Source of the DNA: an uncultured bacterium
Lineage (GTDB): Bacteria > UBP4 > UBA4092
Direction: 5' to 3'
DNA: 64,000 nt
Assembly: GCA_964644695.1 (NCBI GenBank)
Contig: CAZXWN010000011.1
Location: 1-64,000 of the forward strand
Shown here: positions 31,108 to 41,630 of the stretch, piece after piece
Numbering within the stretch: the first letter of the stretch is position 1
Layout of the letters: each line of letters starts with the position of its first letter
Made by a program: the position numbers and the translations under genes
Notes under the pieces: generated by a model
What the model was told of the DNA's origin: nothing
What the model saw: the letters and a program-made list of their open reading frames with translations, nothing else
The model's database searches: none

Positions 31108-32409
31108 TTACTTGTATTCCGGCAGCCACCCTTTATGGGCTTCAATCAAGTCATCGCAAAGATTTTTGATGTCATCAATGCTCAGTTCTGCGGAGGTGTG
31201 CGGATCCAGCATAGCGGCATGATAGATATATTCTTTTTTCAGAGTCAGTGCCGCTTCACGGGCCAGTAATTGCGGATTGATATTGGTTCGGTTCAGAGCC
31301 GCCAGTTGGGGAGGCAGGTTTCCGACATAAGTCGGAGTCACACCACTGGCATCAACCATACAGGGGACTTCTACACAGGCTTCTGACGGAAGGTTGGGAA
31401 TTAATCCGGTATTGATGACATTTCCACCAATCTTATAGGGAACATTGGTTTCCATGGCCTCAATGATATAGGAGGCGTATTCGTGAGTCCGTTTATGTTC
31501 CAGATGTTTATTGGTAATCAGTTCTTCCCGCATATTTTTCCAACTCTGGATTTGGTTGATACAACGACGCGGGTATTCATCAATGGGGATATTAAAGTTT
31601 TCAATGAGTTCCGGATACCGGCTCTTGATGAAATAGGGCATGTATTCAGCATTATGCTCACTGGATTCAGTCACATAATAACCAAACTGTTTCATGATTT
31701 CCAGACGGACCATATTGCCATGTTTTCGGGTTACTTCAGAAGCCCGTTTTTTGATTTCAGGATACAGGTCTTTTCCATCCCGGGTTACTTCAAGAAGCCA
31801 GGCCATATGATTGATACCGGCGATTTTCCACTGGACCCGGTTATCATACTCCATTCCCAGAAACTGGAACAAATCCGGCACACAAATCTGGACACTGTGA
31901 CAAAGCCCCACGGTTTTGATATTCGTGGCTGTCTGCATTGCACCGGCCAGCATTGCCATGGGATTGGTGTAATTCAAAAACCAGGCATCCGGACAAACTT
32001 CTTCCATATCCCGGGCAAAATCCAGCATAACCGGGATAGTACGCAAGGCCCTGAAAATCCCCCCGATGCCCAGCGTATCTGCAATCGTCTGCTGCAATCC
32101 ATATTTCTTTGGAATCTCAAAGTCTGTTACTGTACAGGGTTCATATCCCCCCACCTGAATTGCATTAACAACATATTGGGCATTGGCCAAGGCCTTTTTG
32201 CGATCAGTATAGGCCGTGATGCGGGCTCGTCCCTGATTACAGTTGGTGTTGATATTATTCAACATGTTTTCAGAATCTTTGAGCCGTTGTTCATCAATAT
32301 CGTACAAAGCAATTTCGGCATCCTGTAATGCCGGGGTCAACATACAATCCCCTAATACATTCTTTGCGAACACCGAACTTCCGGCACCCATGAAGGTAAT
32401 CTTTGGCAT
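31108..32409 (-). CDS. melA: GH4 NAD+-dependent alpha-galactosidase/glucosidase
   Basis: KITFMGAGS, DTLGIGG, NYTNPM, GLCHSV, AGINHM, TESSEH. Confidence 0.9.
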   Translation of the reverse strand: MPKITFMGAGSSVFAKNVLGDCMLTPALQDAEIALYDIDEQRLKDSENMLNNINTNCNQGRARITAYTDRKKALANAQYVVNAIQVGGYEPCTVTDFEIPKKYGLQQTIADTLGIGGIFRALRTIPVMLDFARDMEEVCPDAWFLNYTNPMAMLAGAMQTATNIKTVGLCHSVQICVPDLFQFLGMEYDNRVQWKIAGINHMAWLLEVTRDGKDLYPEIKKRASEVTRKHGNMVRLEIMKQFGYYVTESSEHNAEYMPYFIKSRYPELIENFNIPIDEYPRRCINQIQSWKNMREELITNKHLEHKRTHEYASYIIEAMETNVPYKIGGNVINTGLIPNLPSEACVEVPCMVDASGVTPTYVGNLPPQLAALNRTNINPQLLAREAALTLKKEYIYHAAMLDPHTSAELSIDDIKNLCDDLIEAHKGWLPEYK

Positions 32410-32549
32410 TTCTCTCTTCCTCGTTAATTGTTATTAAATTGCTTTTCAATTCTATCTTTTGATTTCCCCTGGAGTAAATGGAAGGGTGTTGAATCTATAT
32501 GGCATAATGTGGGATTATTAAATAATTAATACTTCCATCTGGACTCATT

Positions 32550-33374
32550 ATGCTCGAAACATTGAATATAACCCGACTTAACCTGACAGACCTCACTATG
32601 TATCAATGTGGGACTGAAGAATGTGCCCCCGGCCATTCCTTTGGCCCCTGGGTTCGGGATCACTTTCTGATTCATTACATTCTGAAGGGAAAAGGGATTT
32701 TCCAGGTTGGAGACAAGACCTATACCTTGCATCAGGGTCAGGGATTCCTGATTTGTCCGGGAGCTGTAGCCTATTATGAGGCAGACCAAACGGACCCCTG
32801 GCATTATATCTGGGTAGGATTTAATGGATTGAAGGCAGAATCTTACCTGGCTCAGGCACACTTGAATCAGGAGAATCCCATTTTTGATGCGGGAGATAAT
32901 ACTTTCCTCACCGAGAGATTCTGGGAAATGATTGAGACTCGACACCTGCACAGGGCGCGAGAGGTTCGGCTGCTGGGTCATCTCTATGTGGTACTGTCGC
33001 ACTTAATCGAGATAAGAAAAGATATTCCCTTTGGGAAGAATCTCGAAAATCGGAAAGAAGAGTATATCCGGAAATCCATTGAGTATATTGCCAAGAATTA
33101 CTCCCGGAAAGTAACCATCAATGACCTCGCCAAATATATCCGGTTGGACCGTAGTTATCTGTGTTCCCTGTTCAAGGAATTTCTCCATCAATCTCCCCAG
33201 GCGTTCCTGATTGATTACCGAATGAACAAGGCCTGTAAACTCATGGAGGAAACAACATTGTCCATTGGAGATATCGCCCGCTCCGTAGGATATGAAGACC
33301 CTCTTTTATTTTCCAAGATTTTTAAGAAGTTCAAGAAAACAACGCCTTCGGAGTATATCCAGAACAACCGGTGA
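32550..33374 (+). CDS. AraC-family regulator (MsmR-like), divergent from melA
   Basis: CG.E.C.PGHSFGP cupin domain; C-terminal IARSVGYEDPLLFSKIFKK. Confidence 0.92.
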   Translation: MLETLNITRLNLTDLTMYQCGTEECAPGHSFGPWVRDHFLIHYILKGKGIFQVGDKTYTLHQGQGFLICPGAVAYYEADQTDPWHYIWVGFNGLKAESYLAQAHLNQENPIFDAGDNTFLTERFWEMIETRHLHRAREVRLLGHLYVVLSHLIEIRKDIPFGKNLENRKEEYIRKSIEYIAKNYSRKVTINDLAKYIRLDRSYLCSLFKEFLHQSPQAFLIDYRMNKACKLMEETTLSIGDIARSVGYEDPLLFSKIFKKFKKTTPSEYIQNNR

Positions 33375-33390
33375 GAACCCATGGAAATGA

Positions 33391-35355
33391 CTAATTAATT
33401 TCAGTCAGTTCTTTTTCTTTTGATTCGAGAGCTTCATGGTTTTCATGCCACTGGTCATAGAGAGTTTCCAGGGATTCTTCCAGTTCATGAAGCTGGATGT
33501 TGAGGTTTTTGACTTTTTCCCCATCCGCATAGACAGCAGGATCACAAAGGGCAGTCTGTATCTTTTTAATTTCGGTTTCGAGTGTGTGAATTTTTGATTC
33601 GATTTTCTGGATAGTCTTTTTGTATTCACTCAGGATTTTCCGGTTATCCGCTTCCCGGCGCTTTCTTTCCTTCTCCAGTTCTCGGGGAGATTTGGAGGAG
33701 TCCTCCGTGAATTCTGGATTTCGGGCGGCCTGGACCTCGGCCAGTTTGGATAATAAGGCGGCGCGCTTCTGAAGAAATTCGGAATAATTCCCCATATAAA
33801 CCCACGGTTTATGGTCACGGATTTCAATGACTCTGGTAATCAATTGGTCGAGGAAATGGCGGTCATGGGACACCAGAACCAGTGTTCCAGTGTATTCCTT
33901 GAGGGCCTCTTGAAATAAATCCCGCGTCACCATATCCAGATGGTTAGTCGGTTCATCAAGAATCAGAAGATTATGGTGTTCCAGAAGAAGTTTACATAGA
34001 GTCAGACGTGACTTCTCTCCGCCAGAGAGAACCTCCACCCGTTTTTCCAAATCATCACCACTGAACAAAAAGGCTCCCAGGAGATTTCGGACTTCCATTT
34101 CCGGGAGTTCTGTTTCCAATGAGTTTATCTCACCCCAGACTGTATTTCGGTAATCCAGATTCATCCGGCTTTCCTGAGCAAAGAACCCAAGAGAGACACC
34201 CTTTCCCCATTCGACTTTTCCAGAGTTGGGCTTTTCCTGTTTGGATAATAACCGGGCCAGCGTTGACTTTCCGGCACCATTCACGCCAACCAGTGCGACT
34301 TTTTCACCCTGACGGAGTTTCACATCTATACCGTTTAAGACAATATTTCCGTCATACCCATGAACGACTTTCTCCACTGTCAAGACATCATAGGCAGATT
34401 TAGGAGCCTCAGGAAACCGAATCCGAACCACTTTTTGTCCGGTTTCCAGTTGGACCCGATCAATTTTATCAAGCTGTTTTATTCGGCTCTGTACCTGTGC
34501 CGCCTTGGTGGCCTTATATCGGAACCGCTCAATAAATTTAGTCGTGCGCTCGATATACTCATCCTGTTTTCGGGCCGCATTCTCTAATTGTCGGGCCCGC
34601 AGCTCTTTCTGTTCCAGATAATAGGAATAACGGCCGGGGTACACGGTCAGACGTCCCCGGGATAATTCGGCAGTAACCGTCATCATCTTTTCAAGAAACC
34701 GACGATCGTGTGAAACAGCAATCAAAGTCCCCCGGAAATTCCCAAGGAAATCTTCCAGCCATTCCATACTTTCGGTATCCAGGTGGTTGGTGGGCTCATC
34801 CAACATCATAACGTCTGGATTCAACATCAGGATGTAAGCCAGCTGGATTCGCATTTTCCATCCACCGGAAAATTCTGAACACAACTTTTCCATATCCCGG
34901 TCACGGAATCCCAAACCCGCCAATATCCGGCCCGCACGGGCATCAAAGTCATATCCACCCAGATGCTCAAAAGAAGCCAGGGTATGCGTGTATGTATCTG
35001 CAGCGGTTCGGTAGTCCTGCGAATCAGGAGGAAGGTGAGACATTTGGTGTTGAGTTTCAGTCATTACCTGTTCCATCTCTGTAAGACCTGACTTCCAACG
35101 CAGATACTGCCGCAATGGAATCGGCTCCAGATCCACCAGGTCCTGTGGTAAGTATCCCAACACCTGTTTCCGCGATAAGGTAATATTCCCACGGTCAGGC
35201 TCGATTTCTCCAGCCAATAACCGCAGAAGGGTAGATTTGCCTACCCCGTTGGGTCCCACCAGAGCCACTCGGCTTCCGTCTGGGACCTGCCAGTTCACCT
35301 CATCAAGAATAACCCTGTCTCTAAAGGCAAGAGACAGGGATTGTATATCTAACAT
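33391..35355 (-). CDS. ABC-F family ATPase
   Basis: Two ABC domains (GPNGVGKS, FSGGW, LDEPTNHLD; GVNGAGKS, LSGGE), C-terminal coiled coil, no TM. Confidence 0.93.
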   Translation of the reverse strand: MLDIQSLSLAFRDRVILDEVNWQVPDGSRVALVGPNGVGKSTLLRLLAGEIEPDRGNITLSRKQVLGYLPQDLVDLEPIPLRQYLRWKSGLTEMEQVMTETQHQMSHLPPDSQDYRTAADTYTHTLASFEHLGGYDFDARAGRILAGLGFRDRDMEKLCSEFSGGWKMRIQLAYILMLNPDVMMLDEPTNHLDTESMEWLEDFLGNFRGTLIAVSHDRRFLEKMMTVTAELSRGRLTVYPGRYSYYLEQKELRARQLENAARKQDEYIERTTKFIERFRYKATKAAQVQSRIKQLDKIDRVQLETGQKVVRIRFPEAPKSAYDVLTVEKVVHGYDGNIVLNGIDVKLRQGEKVALVGVNGAGKSTLARLLSKQEKPNSGKVEWGKGVSLGFFAQESRMNLDYRNTVWGEINSLETELPEMEVRNLLGAFLFSGDDLEKRVEVLSGGEKSRLTLCKLLLEHHNLLILDEPTNHLDMVTRDLFQEALKEYTGTLVLVSHDRHFLDQLITRVIEIRDHKPWVYMGNYSEFLQKRAALLSKLAEVQAARNPEFTEDSSKSPRELEKERKRREADNRKILSEYKKTIQKIESKIHTLETEIKKIQTALCDPAVYADGEKVKNLNIQLHELEESLETLYDQWHENHEALESKEKELTEIN

Positions 35356-35556
35356 AATACTTATATTTTAGCGGATATTCGTACATAACATAACGTGCCG
35401 TTTTATTCTCTGTATTTTCAGCCGTTTCACAGGCAGACTGGGGATAGATTCTCCAGATGTAAACATGATAATCATGGGACACCCTCCAGAGTTTCGGCAA
35501 AAAAGAAAGACCAGAGCCAAACTAAGTTCGACTCTGGTCTTTTTATAATGAGTTAC

Positions 35557-37053
35557 TTATTCTTTATTTTCGTCAGTAGTTTCTTCGGAGGCTGGAGCTT
35601 CCGGCCGCATAAGTGGGAAAAGAATGATTTCCCGGATTGACGTTTGTCCGGTCAACAGCATAACCATCCGGTCTATACCAAGCCCCAATCCAGAGGCAGG
35701 CGGCATCCCCTGTTCAAGAGCTCGGAGATAATCTTCGTCCACATCTTTCTGGAGTTCTTCATTATGTTCAGCCATGATAACCTGGGCTTCGAATGCCTGT
35801 CGTTGAATCAATGGATCGTTTTGCTCTGAGTAAGCATTACCAATTTCCATACAGGCGACATAAGCCTCAAACCGTTCCGCAACTAACGGATTGGCATCTG
35901 ACCGCTTTGCTAACGGGGACAGGGACGCAGGGTAATCTTTGATGATGGTCGGTTGAATCAGATGTGATTCCACCGTTTCTTCAAAGACATACATAATGAT
36001 TTCATCTGAGGTTTCCATGGCCTCGGGAATCTTTACCAGAGGGGAAGCTTTGGCCTTCACTGACTCCAGGTCTTCATTCCAATGGAACTTCGCACCGGTA
36101 TATTTTTCTATAGCTTCGAGAACCGATAACCGTTCCCAGGGTTTACTGAAGTCAAAAGTATTCCCGTTATATTCAACAACGGTGGTCCCGAGAGCCTTTT
36201 CACAAACATATTTATATATAGCTTCACACAATTCCATGGTCTGAGTGTAATCCCAGAAACATGTGTATAATTCCATCATGGTGAATTCTGGATTATGCCG
36301 TGTTGAGATACCTTCATTACGGAAATTCCGGTTGATTTCATAAACCTTCTCAATCCCACCCACCAGCACGCGTTTATGAAACAGCTCCGGAGCAATGCGC
36401 AGATAAAGTGGAATATCAAGCGCATTATGCCAGGTCTTGAATGGTTTCGCCGTCGCACCCCCTGCGATAGCCTGCATCATCGGGGTCTCAATTTCCAGAT
36501 ATCCCCGTCCATCCAGATACTCACGCATGGCGGCAATGATTTTGGACCGTTTAATAAAAATGTCCTTTACATCAGGATTGGCAATCATATCCAGATATCT
36601 CTGGCGATAGCGGGTCTCCACATCCTTTAGACCATGCCATTTTTCGGGCAGGTTATGTAGGGATTTTGCGAGTAGGACAAACTCCCGGATCCGAAGAGTT
36701 AATTCACCGGTCTTGGTTTTGAAAGGTGTCCCAGTGACTCCGAGGATATCACCCAGATCAAAGTCATTAAACAGTTTGTAATTGTCTTCACCTACATCGT
36801 TGAATCCGACATAAACCTGGATTTTACCATCCTGGTCTTGAAGGTGAGCAAAGGTTGTTTTTCCATGTTTACGCAGGGTCATCAACCGTCCGGCAAATCG
36901 AACGACTTCTTCGGACCCTTCATGGTCGATGGCATCAAATTGCTGATGAATCATCCCTGTGGAATGAGTCACATCAAAGCGATGAGGATAAGGGTCAATC
37001 CCTTTTTGTATAAAATCCTGTAGTTTTTGGAATCTGGGGTTATCCTGGTTCAT
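35557..37053 (-). CDS. lysS: Lysyl-tRNA synthetase class II
   Basis: RYRQRYLD, YLRIAPEL, FRNEG..HNPEFT, GLGIDR. Confidence 0.97.
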   Translation of the reverse strand: MNQDNPRFQKLQDFIQKGIDPYPHRFDVTHSTGMIHQQFDAIDHEGSEEVVRFAGRLMTLRKHGKTTFAHLQDQDGKIQVYVGFNDVGEDNYKLFNDFDLGDILGVTGTPFKTKTGELTLRIREFVLLAKSLHNLPEKWHGLKDVETRYRQRYLDMIANPDVKDIFIKRSKIIAAMREYLDGRGYLEIETPMMQAIAGGATAKPFKTWHNALDIPLYLRIAPELFHKRVLVGGIEKVYEINRNFRNEGISTRHNPEFTMMELYTCFWDYTQTMELCEAIYKYVCEKALGTTVVEYNGNTFDFSKPWERLSVLEAIEKYTGAKFHWNEDLESVKAKASPLVKIPEAMETSDEIIMYVFEETVESHLIQPTIIKDYPASLSPLAKRSDANPLVAERFEAYVACMEIGNAYSEQNDPLIQRQAFEAQVIMAEHNEELQKDVDEDYLRALEQGMPPASGLGLGIDRMVMLLTGQTSIREIILFPLMRPEAPASEETTDENKE

Positions 37054-37314
37054 AAATAAAAAAGCCTTCCTGGGGGAAGTTGGGGACCCAATAAACAGCC
37101 TGCAAGGTCCGATAAATGATTGATTTTATCTGATATATTTTAGCCCCGTCATGCCAGCACCGTCAAACCGCCTTATTTATCAGAAGCTTCCCCAGTGGTT
37201 ATTTATGGCGTCCTCTTATGGTAATAAATCCCTCTTATGAACACCTGATATTCGATTGATTTACAGTTTGTTATAATCAATCCAGCGTCAACAATACAGT
37301 CAAATGGATACAGA

Positions 37315-37707
37315 ATGAAATCCACACATTATCTGATAAAAATAGTATTCATCACCCTGGCATTAGGGATCCTGACCGGATGTGCCCATGGACCGCGGCG
37401 CAGCTTCTCCGGCCAATATCAGCAGGTCGGAATCGCCTCATGGTATGGAGAAGAACACGCAGGGAAACCAACAGCCAGTGGGGAAATCTTCGACCCCAAT
37501 AAATTAACAGCCGCACATCGAACCCTCCCCTTTCAAACCCAAGTCAGAGTTCAGAACCTCAAAAATCACAAAGAGGTTAAAGTCAAAATCAATGACCGAG
37601 GTCCGTTTGTCTCAGGCCGAATCATCGACTTATCTCAGGAAGCCGCCCGGCAAATCGACATGGAACGCGACGGCATCGCCAAAGTAAAGATAAAGGTCCT
37701 CCGTTAA
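37315..37707 (+). CDS. rlpA: RlpA-like lytic transglycosylase lipoprotein
   Basis: Lipobox LTGC; ASWYG, TAAHRTLP, INDRGPF, RIIDLS. Confidence 0.9.
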   Translation: MKSTHYLIKIVFITLALGILTGCAHGPRRSFSGQYQQVGIASWYGEEHAGKPTASGEIFDPNKLTAAHRTLPFQTQVRVQNLKNHKEVKVKINDRGPFVSGRIIDLSQEAARQIDMERDGIAKVKIKVLR

Positions 37708-37863
37708 GTCCTGAATAGAGATACATTAACCTACCATTTAACAGTGATTTCTTTTAGTTTGGAAAAATAAATTTTGGATATATACTAATAGAACCGATAG
37801 CTGGGAGGAGCGTCCCGAACAAAAACTGATCATGATACCCAACTTATTCCTGGATATTAAGTT

Positions 37864-39069
37864 ATGAAGCTAGACTGGTCATTATTACTCTCCAGATCAT
37901 TGAAGAGTTATATTCTATTGGGACTGGTTCTGGTTACAGCTTTATTTATCCCCATGGGGCCATCGGCTCTGGCAATCATCTCAGGAATTACCATCGGGAC
38001 ATGGATTGCCTCTGCCAACTGGTACAAAGACTGGCGGTTATGGATCAATCGTCCATGGTTCTGGGCAGCAGTGGTATTCTCTCTCATTCACTGGCTGGGT
38101 CTGGTGTGGTCCCCAGACACTAAAATCGGGATTTCCTTTGCATTACGAACCTGGTTCTGGTTACTAGGGCTTGCCATTATTTCCACTCCTCAGAATCCAG
38201 ATACCGGCCAGAAAGTTTATCTGGCAGTATTAATGGGTATTGCAGGAATGGCTTTGGTGTCCTTCATGCAATGTTGGGGATGGATCCCGATGCGCAGGGA
38301 GATGCCTGCCGGATTCATTGGGCACATTGAACATTCCCTGTTACTGGTATTCGGGATGGTGATGGCTTCCTGGGAATTTGCAAAAGAACAGCGGATGGGA
38401 TGGAAAATCTTTTGGATTTCACTCCTCATTCTCTTCATATTAAATATGACCGTGTCCTGGGGCCGGGCAGGATATCTTTCACTGGCGATATTCAGCCCTG
38501 TCATTGCCTGGAACCTGTTTGGCGGACGGAGAATATTCCTGGCATTACTACTGATTGCCATCACCGGCGGATTAATGTATCTCTCCCCCACCGTCCAATA
38601 CCGAGTTAAGTGGGGTATATCCGACATCCAGCATTTCCAGAATAATGATCCCAACACTTCTCTGGGCGGACGGCTGGTCATGTGGAAAAATTCCATAACA
38701 ATGATCAAGGAACACCCCTTCATCGGAACAGGGACTGGAAGTTTCACTCAAGTCTATACCCAGAAATATTCGACACCCCCCTGGAATGCCAAACACCCGC
38801 ATAATCTCTTCCTGTATCTGGGAGTCAGTTTTGGCCTGTTGGGGATTTTGTCCGGAATTGCCTTCTTTTTGACTCTTATCTGGGAAGGCTTCAAATACCG
38901 ACATACCCGGGTCGGATATGGATTATTGATTTATATTCTGATTATGCTCATCGGATCAATGACGGAGATACAGCTCATTGTAAACCCAACGGGGCCCTTA
39001 CTGGCTCTATTAGGCGGGTTGCTGGCTCATCTACCCTATCCGTCTGATTTATGGTCATCAAAAGCCTGA
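37864..39069 (+). CDS. O-antigen ligase family (Wzy_C) membrane protein
   Basis: Multi-TM; GRAG, SLGGRLVMW, HPFIGTGTG, HPHNLFL. Confidence 0.88.
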   Translation: MKLDWSLLLSRSLKSYILLGLVLVTALFIPMGPSALAIISGITIGTWIASANWYKDWRLWINRPWFWAAVVFSLIHWLGLVWSPDTKIGISFALRTWFWLLGLAIISTPQNPDTGQKVYLAVLMGIAGMALVSFMQCWGWIPMRREMPAGFIGHIEHSLLLVFGMVMASWEFAKEQRMGWKIFWISLLILFILNMTVSWGRAGYLSLAIFSPVIAWNLFGGRRIFLALLLIAITGGLMYLSPTVQYRVKWGISDIQHFQNNDPNTSLGGRLVMWKNSITMIKEHPFIGTGTGSFTQVYTQKYSTPPWNAKHPHNLFLYLGVSFGLLGILSGIAFFLTLIWEGFKYRHTRVGYGLLIYILIMLIGSMTEIQLIVNPTGPLLALLGGLLAHLPYPSDLWSSKA

Positions 39070-39138
39070 TTTCAGGCCCAACCGCTTAACTTGACGCAAT
39101 CTTCCCGTTGATGTTAAATTATTAATCTACCTGAGTGT

Positions 39139-39225
39139 GCCGAAGTGGCGGAACTGGCAGACGCGCTACATTCAGGGTGTAGTGCCCGTATGGGTGTCAG
39201 GGTTCGAATCCCTGCTTCGGCACCA
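39139..39225 (+). tRNA. tRNA-Leu (CAG)
   Basis: GCCGAAG acceptor, anticodon arm ctaca-TTCAGGG-tgtag, long variable arm, GGTTCGAATC, CCA. Confidence 0.96.
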
Positions 39226-39290
39226 ATGACTTAAACTAAAAACACTTTACCTTTCGAGGTGAAGTGTTTTTTTATGGGGTAATATTTCTG

Positions 39291-40049
39291 TCAGTGTTTG
39301 AAGTCGTAATAATACTGGTCAGCATCTTTCCGGCTTTTCCCCTTTAGAAGCCGCCAGGGTAACCGGGGATTCACCACCATATGCCATTGCCCGAAAGTAT
39401 CAAATTTACGGGTAGAGGTTGTAATATGAGCTTTCCAAAGTGAACCATACCGCTTCCCCCTGGTTTTCCCGTACTTTTTGAGTCGAATCCCGAAATCAAT
39501 ATCTTCTGCACTCAATCGGGTTTCATCAAAACCCCCAATGGCAAGAAAATCCTCCCGATACACCCAGAACGAACCGGCAGATATCCTCCACAAAAGAATC
39601 ACCGGAATCATGACCATCAATCCAAACAGGACAATCCCTATGGAGAATTTCTCCGGCCAGATAGCCACACCGCCCCCGATATACTTCCCTGTTGCCAGGT
39701 GTTTTTCAATATCCACCAACATATTGGGAGACATTCGACTGTCGGCATCTAATGTACATAATATCTGACCCCGGGCATTCCGGGCTCCGGTATTTCGGAT
39801 TTTAGACAGGCACTTTTCATCTTCCCGGACAATGACGGCCCCATACTCACGGGCAATAGATTCCGTCTCGTCCGTGCAACGGTTAAGAACCACCACAACT
39901 TCCACCTGGTCAGGATAAGGTTCCGCGGCTTTCCGGATAGAATCAAGACAGCCCCGGATATAGTTTTCCTCGTTGTGGGCCGGAACAATAATTGAAAACC
40001 GGGGTACACCGGATGGATTAAATTTATCCATATCGGTACGGTTAGTCAT
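39291..40049 (-). CDS. Family 2 glycosyltransferase
   Basis: SIIVPAHNEE, RNTGA, LDAD, GGFDE...EDID; overlaps the corA-like stop by 8 bp. Confidence 0.9.
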   Translation of the reverse strand: MTNRTDMDKFNPSGVPRFSIIVPAHNEENYIRGCLDSIRKAAEPYPDQVEVVVVLNRCTDETESIAREYGAVIVREDEKCLSKIRNTGARNARGQILCTLDADSRMSPNMLVDIEKHLATGKYIGGGVAIWPEKFSIGIVLFGLMVMIPVILLWRISAGSFWVYREDFLAIGGFDETRLSAEDIDFGIRLKKYGKTRGKRYGSLWKAHITTSTRKFDTFGQWHMVVNPRLPWRLLKGKSRKDADQYYYDFKH

Positions 40050-40986
40050 CTTCTTTGTCAGTTAATCCCACCTTACTGATTACAAGGTAGGTCAGGTAGC
40101 CCAAAAGCACCAGAGCAGAAGTGAACAGTAAGTATGACACCGGCCAGGACAAAGTATTCGTAAATTGTGTCCACTCCGACATACCGAACATGGACGCCAC
40201 AATGTTCAAGGGCATAAAAACGACACTGATAATCGTGAGTTTCTTCATCAGGATGGCCAGGTTATTACTGACAATCGAGACACGGGCATCCGACATACTG
40301 GTCATAATGTCTGAATAAATCTCGACCAATTTATAACACTGCCCATTTTCTACGGAGATATCTTCCAGAAACTCATTCTCCAGAGGGGAGAACCCTATTT
40401 TCTCAGAGAACATACGGAGTTTGCTGAGTAAGGTTTCATTGGAATGAAGGGCACTGCGGTAATACACAAGGCTTTTTTCCAAAGCAAACATATTGGAGAG
40501 GGCACGCGTCCCGATAGATTTCTGGATTTTCTGTTCCAGTTCATCAGACACCATCCGGATCACGCGCAGATGTCCCAGGAAATGGGATATGGTGTGATAC
40601 ATCAGATAGAGTAAAGCACCCGGCAAGCTCTGACAACCCACCATAGGTTTACCGCCGAAAAACAGGGGCATATCATCGGTCTGGACCAAAATCAGTTTAT
40701 CTTTGAACAGGAAAGCGCCAATGGAGGCCACCTTAAACTGGAAATTATGTTCCCGGCTGTAATTCATAGGCCGTTTCAAGATGATGGCCGTATGGGAAGG
40801 TTCAAACTCTAACCGGGATATTTCATCCAAGTCGAGAGCCGATTGAAGGGTATGTTCATCCAGCAGGAGTTTCTCCACCAGGAACTTCTTTTCTTCATCG
40901 GTGGGATTTGCAAATACCTGGATAGGAGCCGTAGTATCTTCAGTCTCCAATACCCGTCCATTTTGAATTGAATAATATTTCCGCAC
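40042..40986 (-). CDS. corA: Second CorA-family divalent cation transporter
   Basis: SALDLDEISRLE, LEKSLVYY, SIVSNNL..MKKLT, GMSE variant of GMN; GTG 40986 follows GAAGGAG. Confidence 0.85.
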   Translation of the reverse strand: MRKYYSIQNGRVLETEDTTAPIQVFANPTDEEKKFLVEKLLLDEHTLQSALDLDEISRLEFEPSHTAIILKRPMNYSREHNFQFKVASIGAFLFKDKLILVQTDDMPLFFGGKPMVGCQSLPGALLYLMYHTISHFLGHLRVIRMVSDELEQKIQKSIGTRALSNMFALEKSLVYYRSALHSNETLLSKLRMFSEKIGFSPLENEFLEDISVENGQCYKLVEIYSDIMTSMSDARVSIVSNNLAILMKKLTIISVVFMPLNIVASMFGMSEWTQFTNTLSWPVSYLLFTSALVLLGYLTYLVISKVGLTDKEDD

Positions 40987-41602
40987 GATAAAATCTCCTT
41001 CCAACCTCGTGAGCGTAACAAAGGCAGGAACTGCACGGTCAATGATTATCCCAAACGATCGATAGCCGTCGGACACAAAATAATCCTGCAATATCCCAGC
41101 AGGGAATTATGAAGGACATCATGTGTAATCAATAAGATGATTTTCAGGGCAGGAGGGATTGAGTGGATCGTTATTCCTCCCGGACTATATTACCGGTCCG
41201 GGAGACGCAGAGGAAGGTTAATTCCCTTGTCGGTCTTTACCGGACACGGAACGGGTCAGCCCGATACCTGTCGCCGGACATGGATCGTTTGGGGGTTGAC
41301 TTATGCCGTCTTCCATTCCTCTTTCACCACTTTAAAATAAGATTCCCTGAAAACAGGGTATTTATATATCTTACCCCTCATTCCCCGGCGATGCAACAGC
41401 CCCTGCAAAAGCCTTGAAAATCAACATAATTTCCCCGGAATCACAAAGTATCCGCATGGTTTTACAGATTTAATTGTCAAAGAACATCCTGGCACTTTTA
41501 CCAGTGATGAGAGTATCCTCCCATATAAAAACAATCAGGGGTGTCCACCGGTTGGGACCCGATGCAACACCCCTGTTATGACTCAGAATAAAGATAAAAC
41601 AC

Positions 41603-41630
41603 TGGATTCCTGCTTTCGCAGGAATGACCG
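41603..41630 (-). repeat. REP-type palindrome (GTCATTCC...GGAATCCA family)
   Basis: tggattcctgctttcgcaggaatgaccg directly abutting the stop codon at 41631. Confidence 0.85.

Noticed and set aside
31483-32328. 281-aa plus-strand ORF and other overlapping ORF-track entries
   Set aside because: Antisense or frame shadows of well-supported genes, with no recognisable motifs
32498-32520. sigma54 promoter at TGGCATAATG before the AraC gene
   Set aside because: No GC at the -12 position
37054-37314. T-box or lysine riboswitch before lysS
   Set aside because: No T-box consensus or recognisable aptamer seen
41474-41486. boxA-like TGTTCTTTGACAA on the minus strand
   Set aside because: Single short match with no rRNA context; cannot be distinguished from chance or a -35 element
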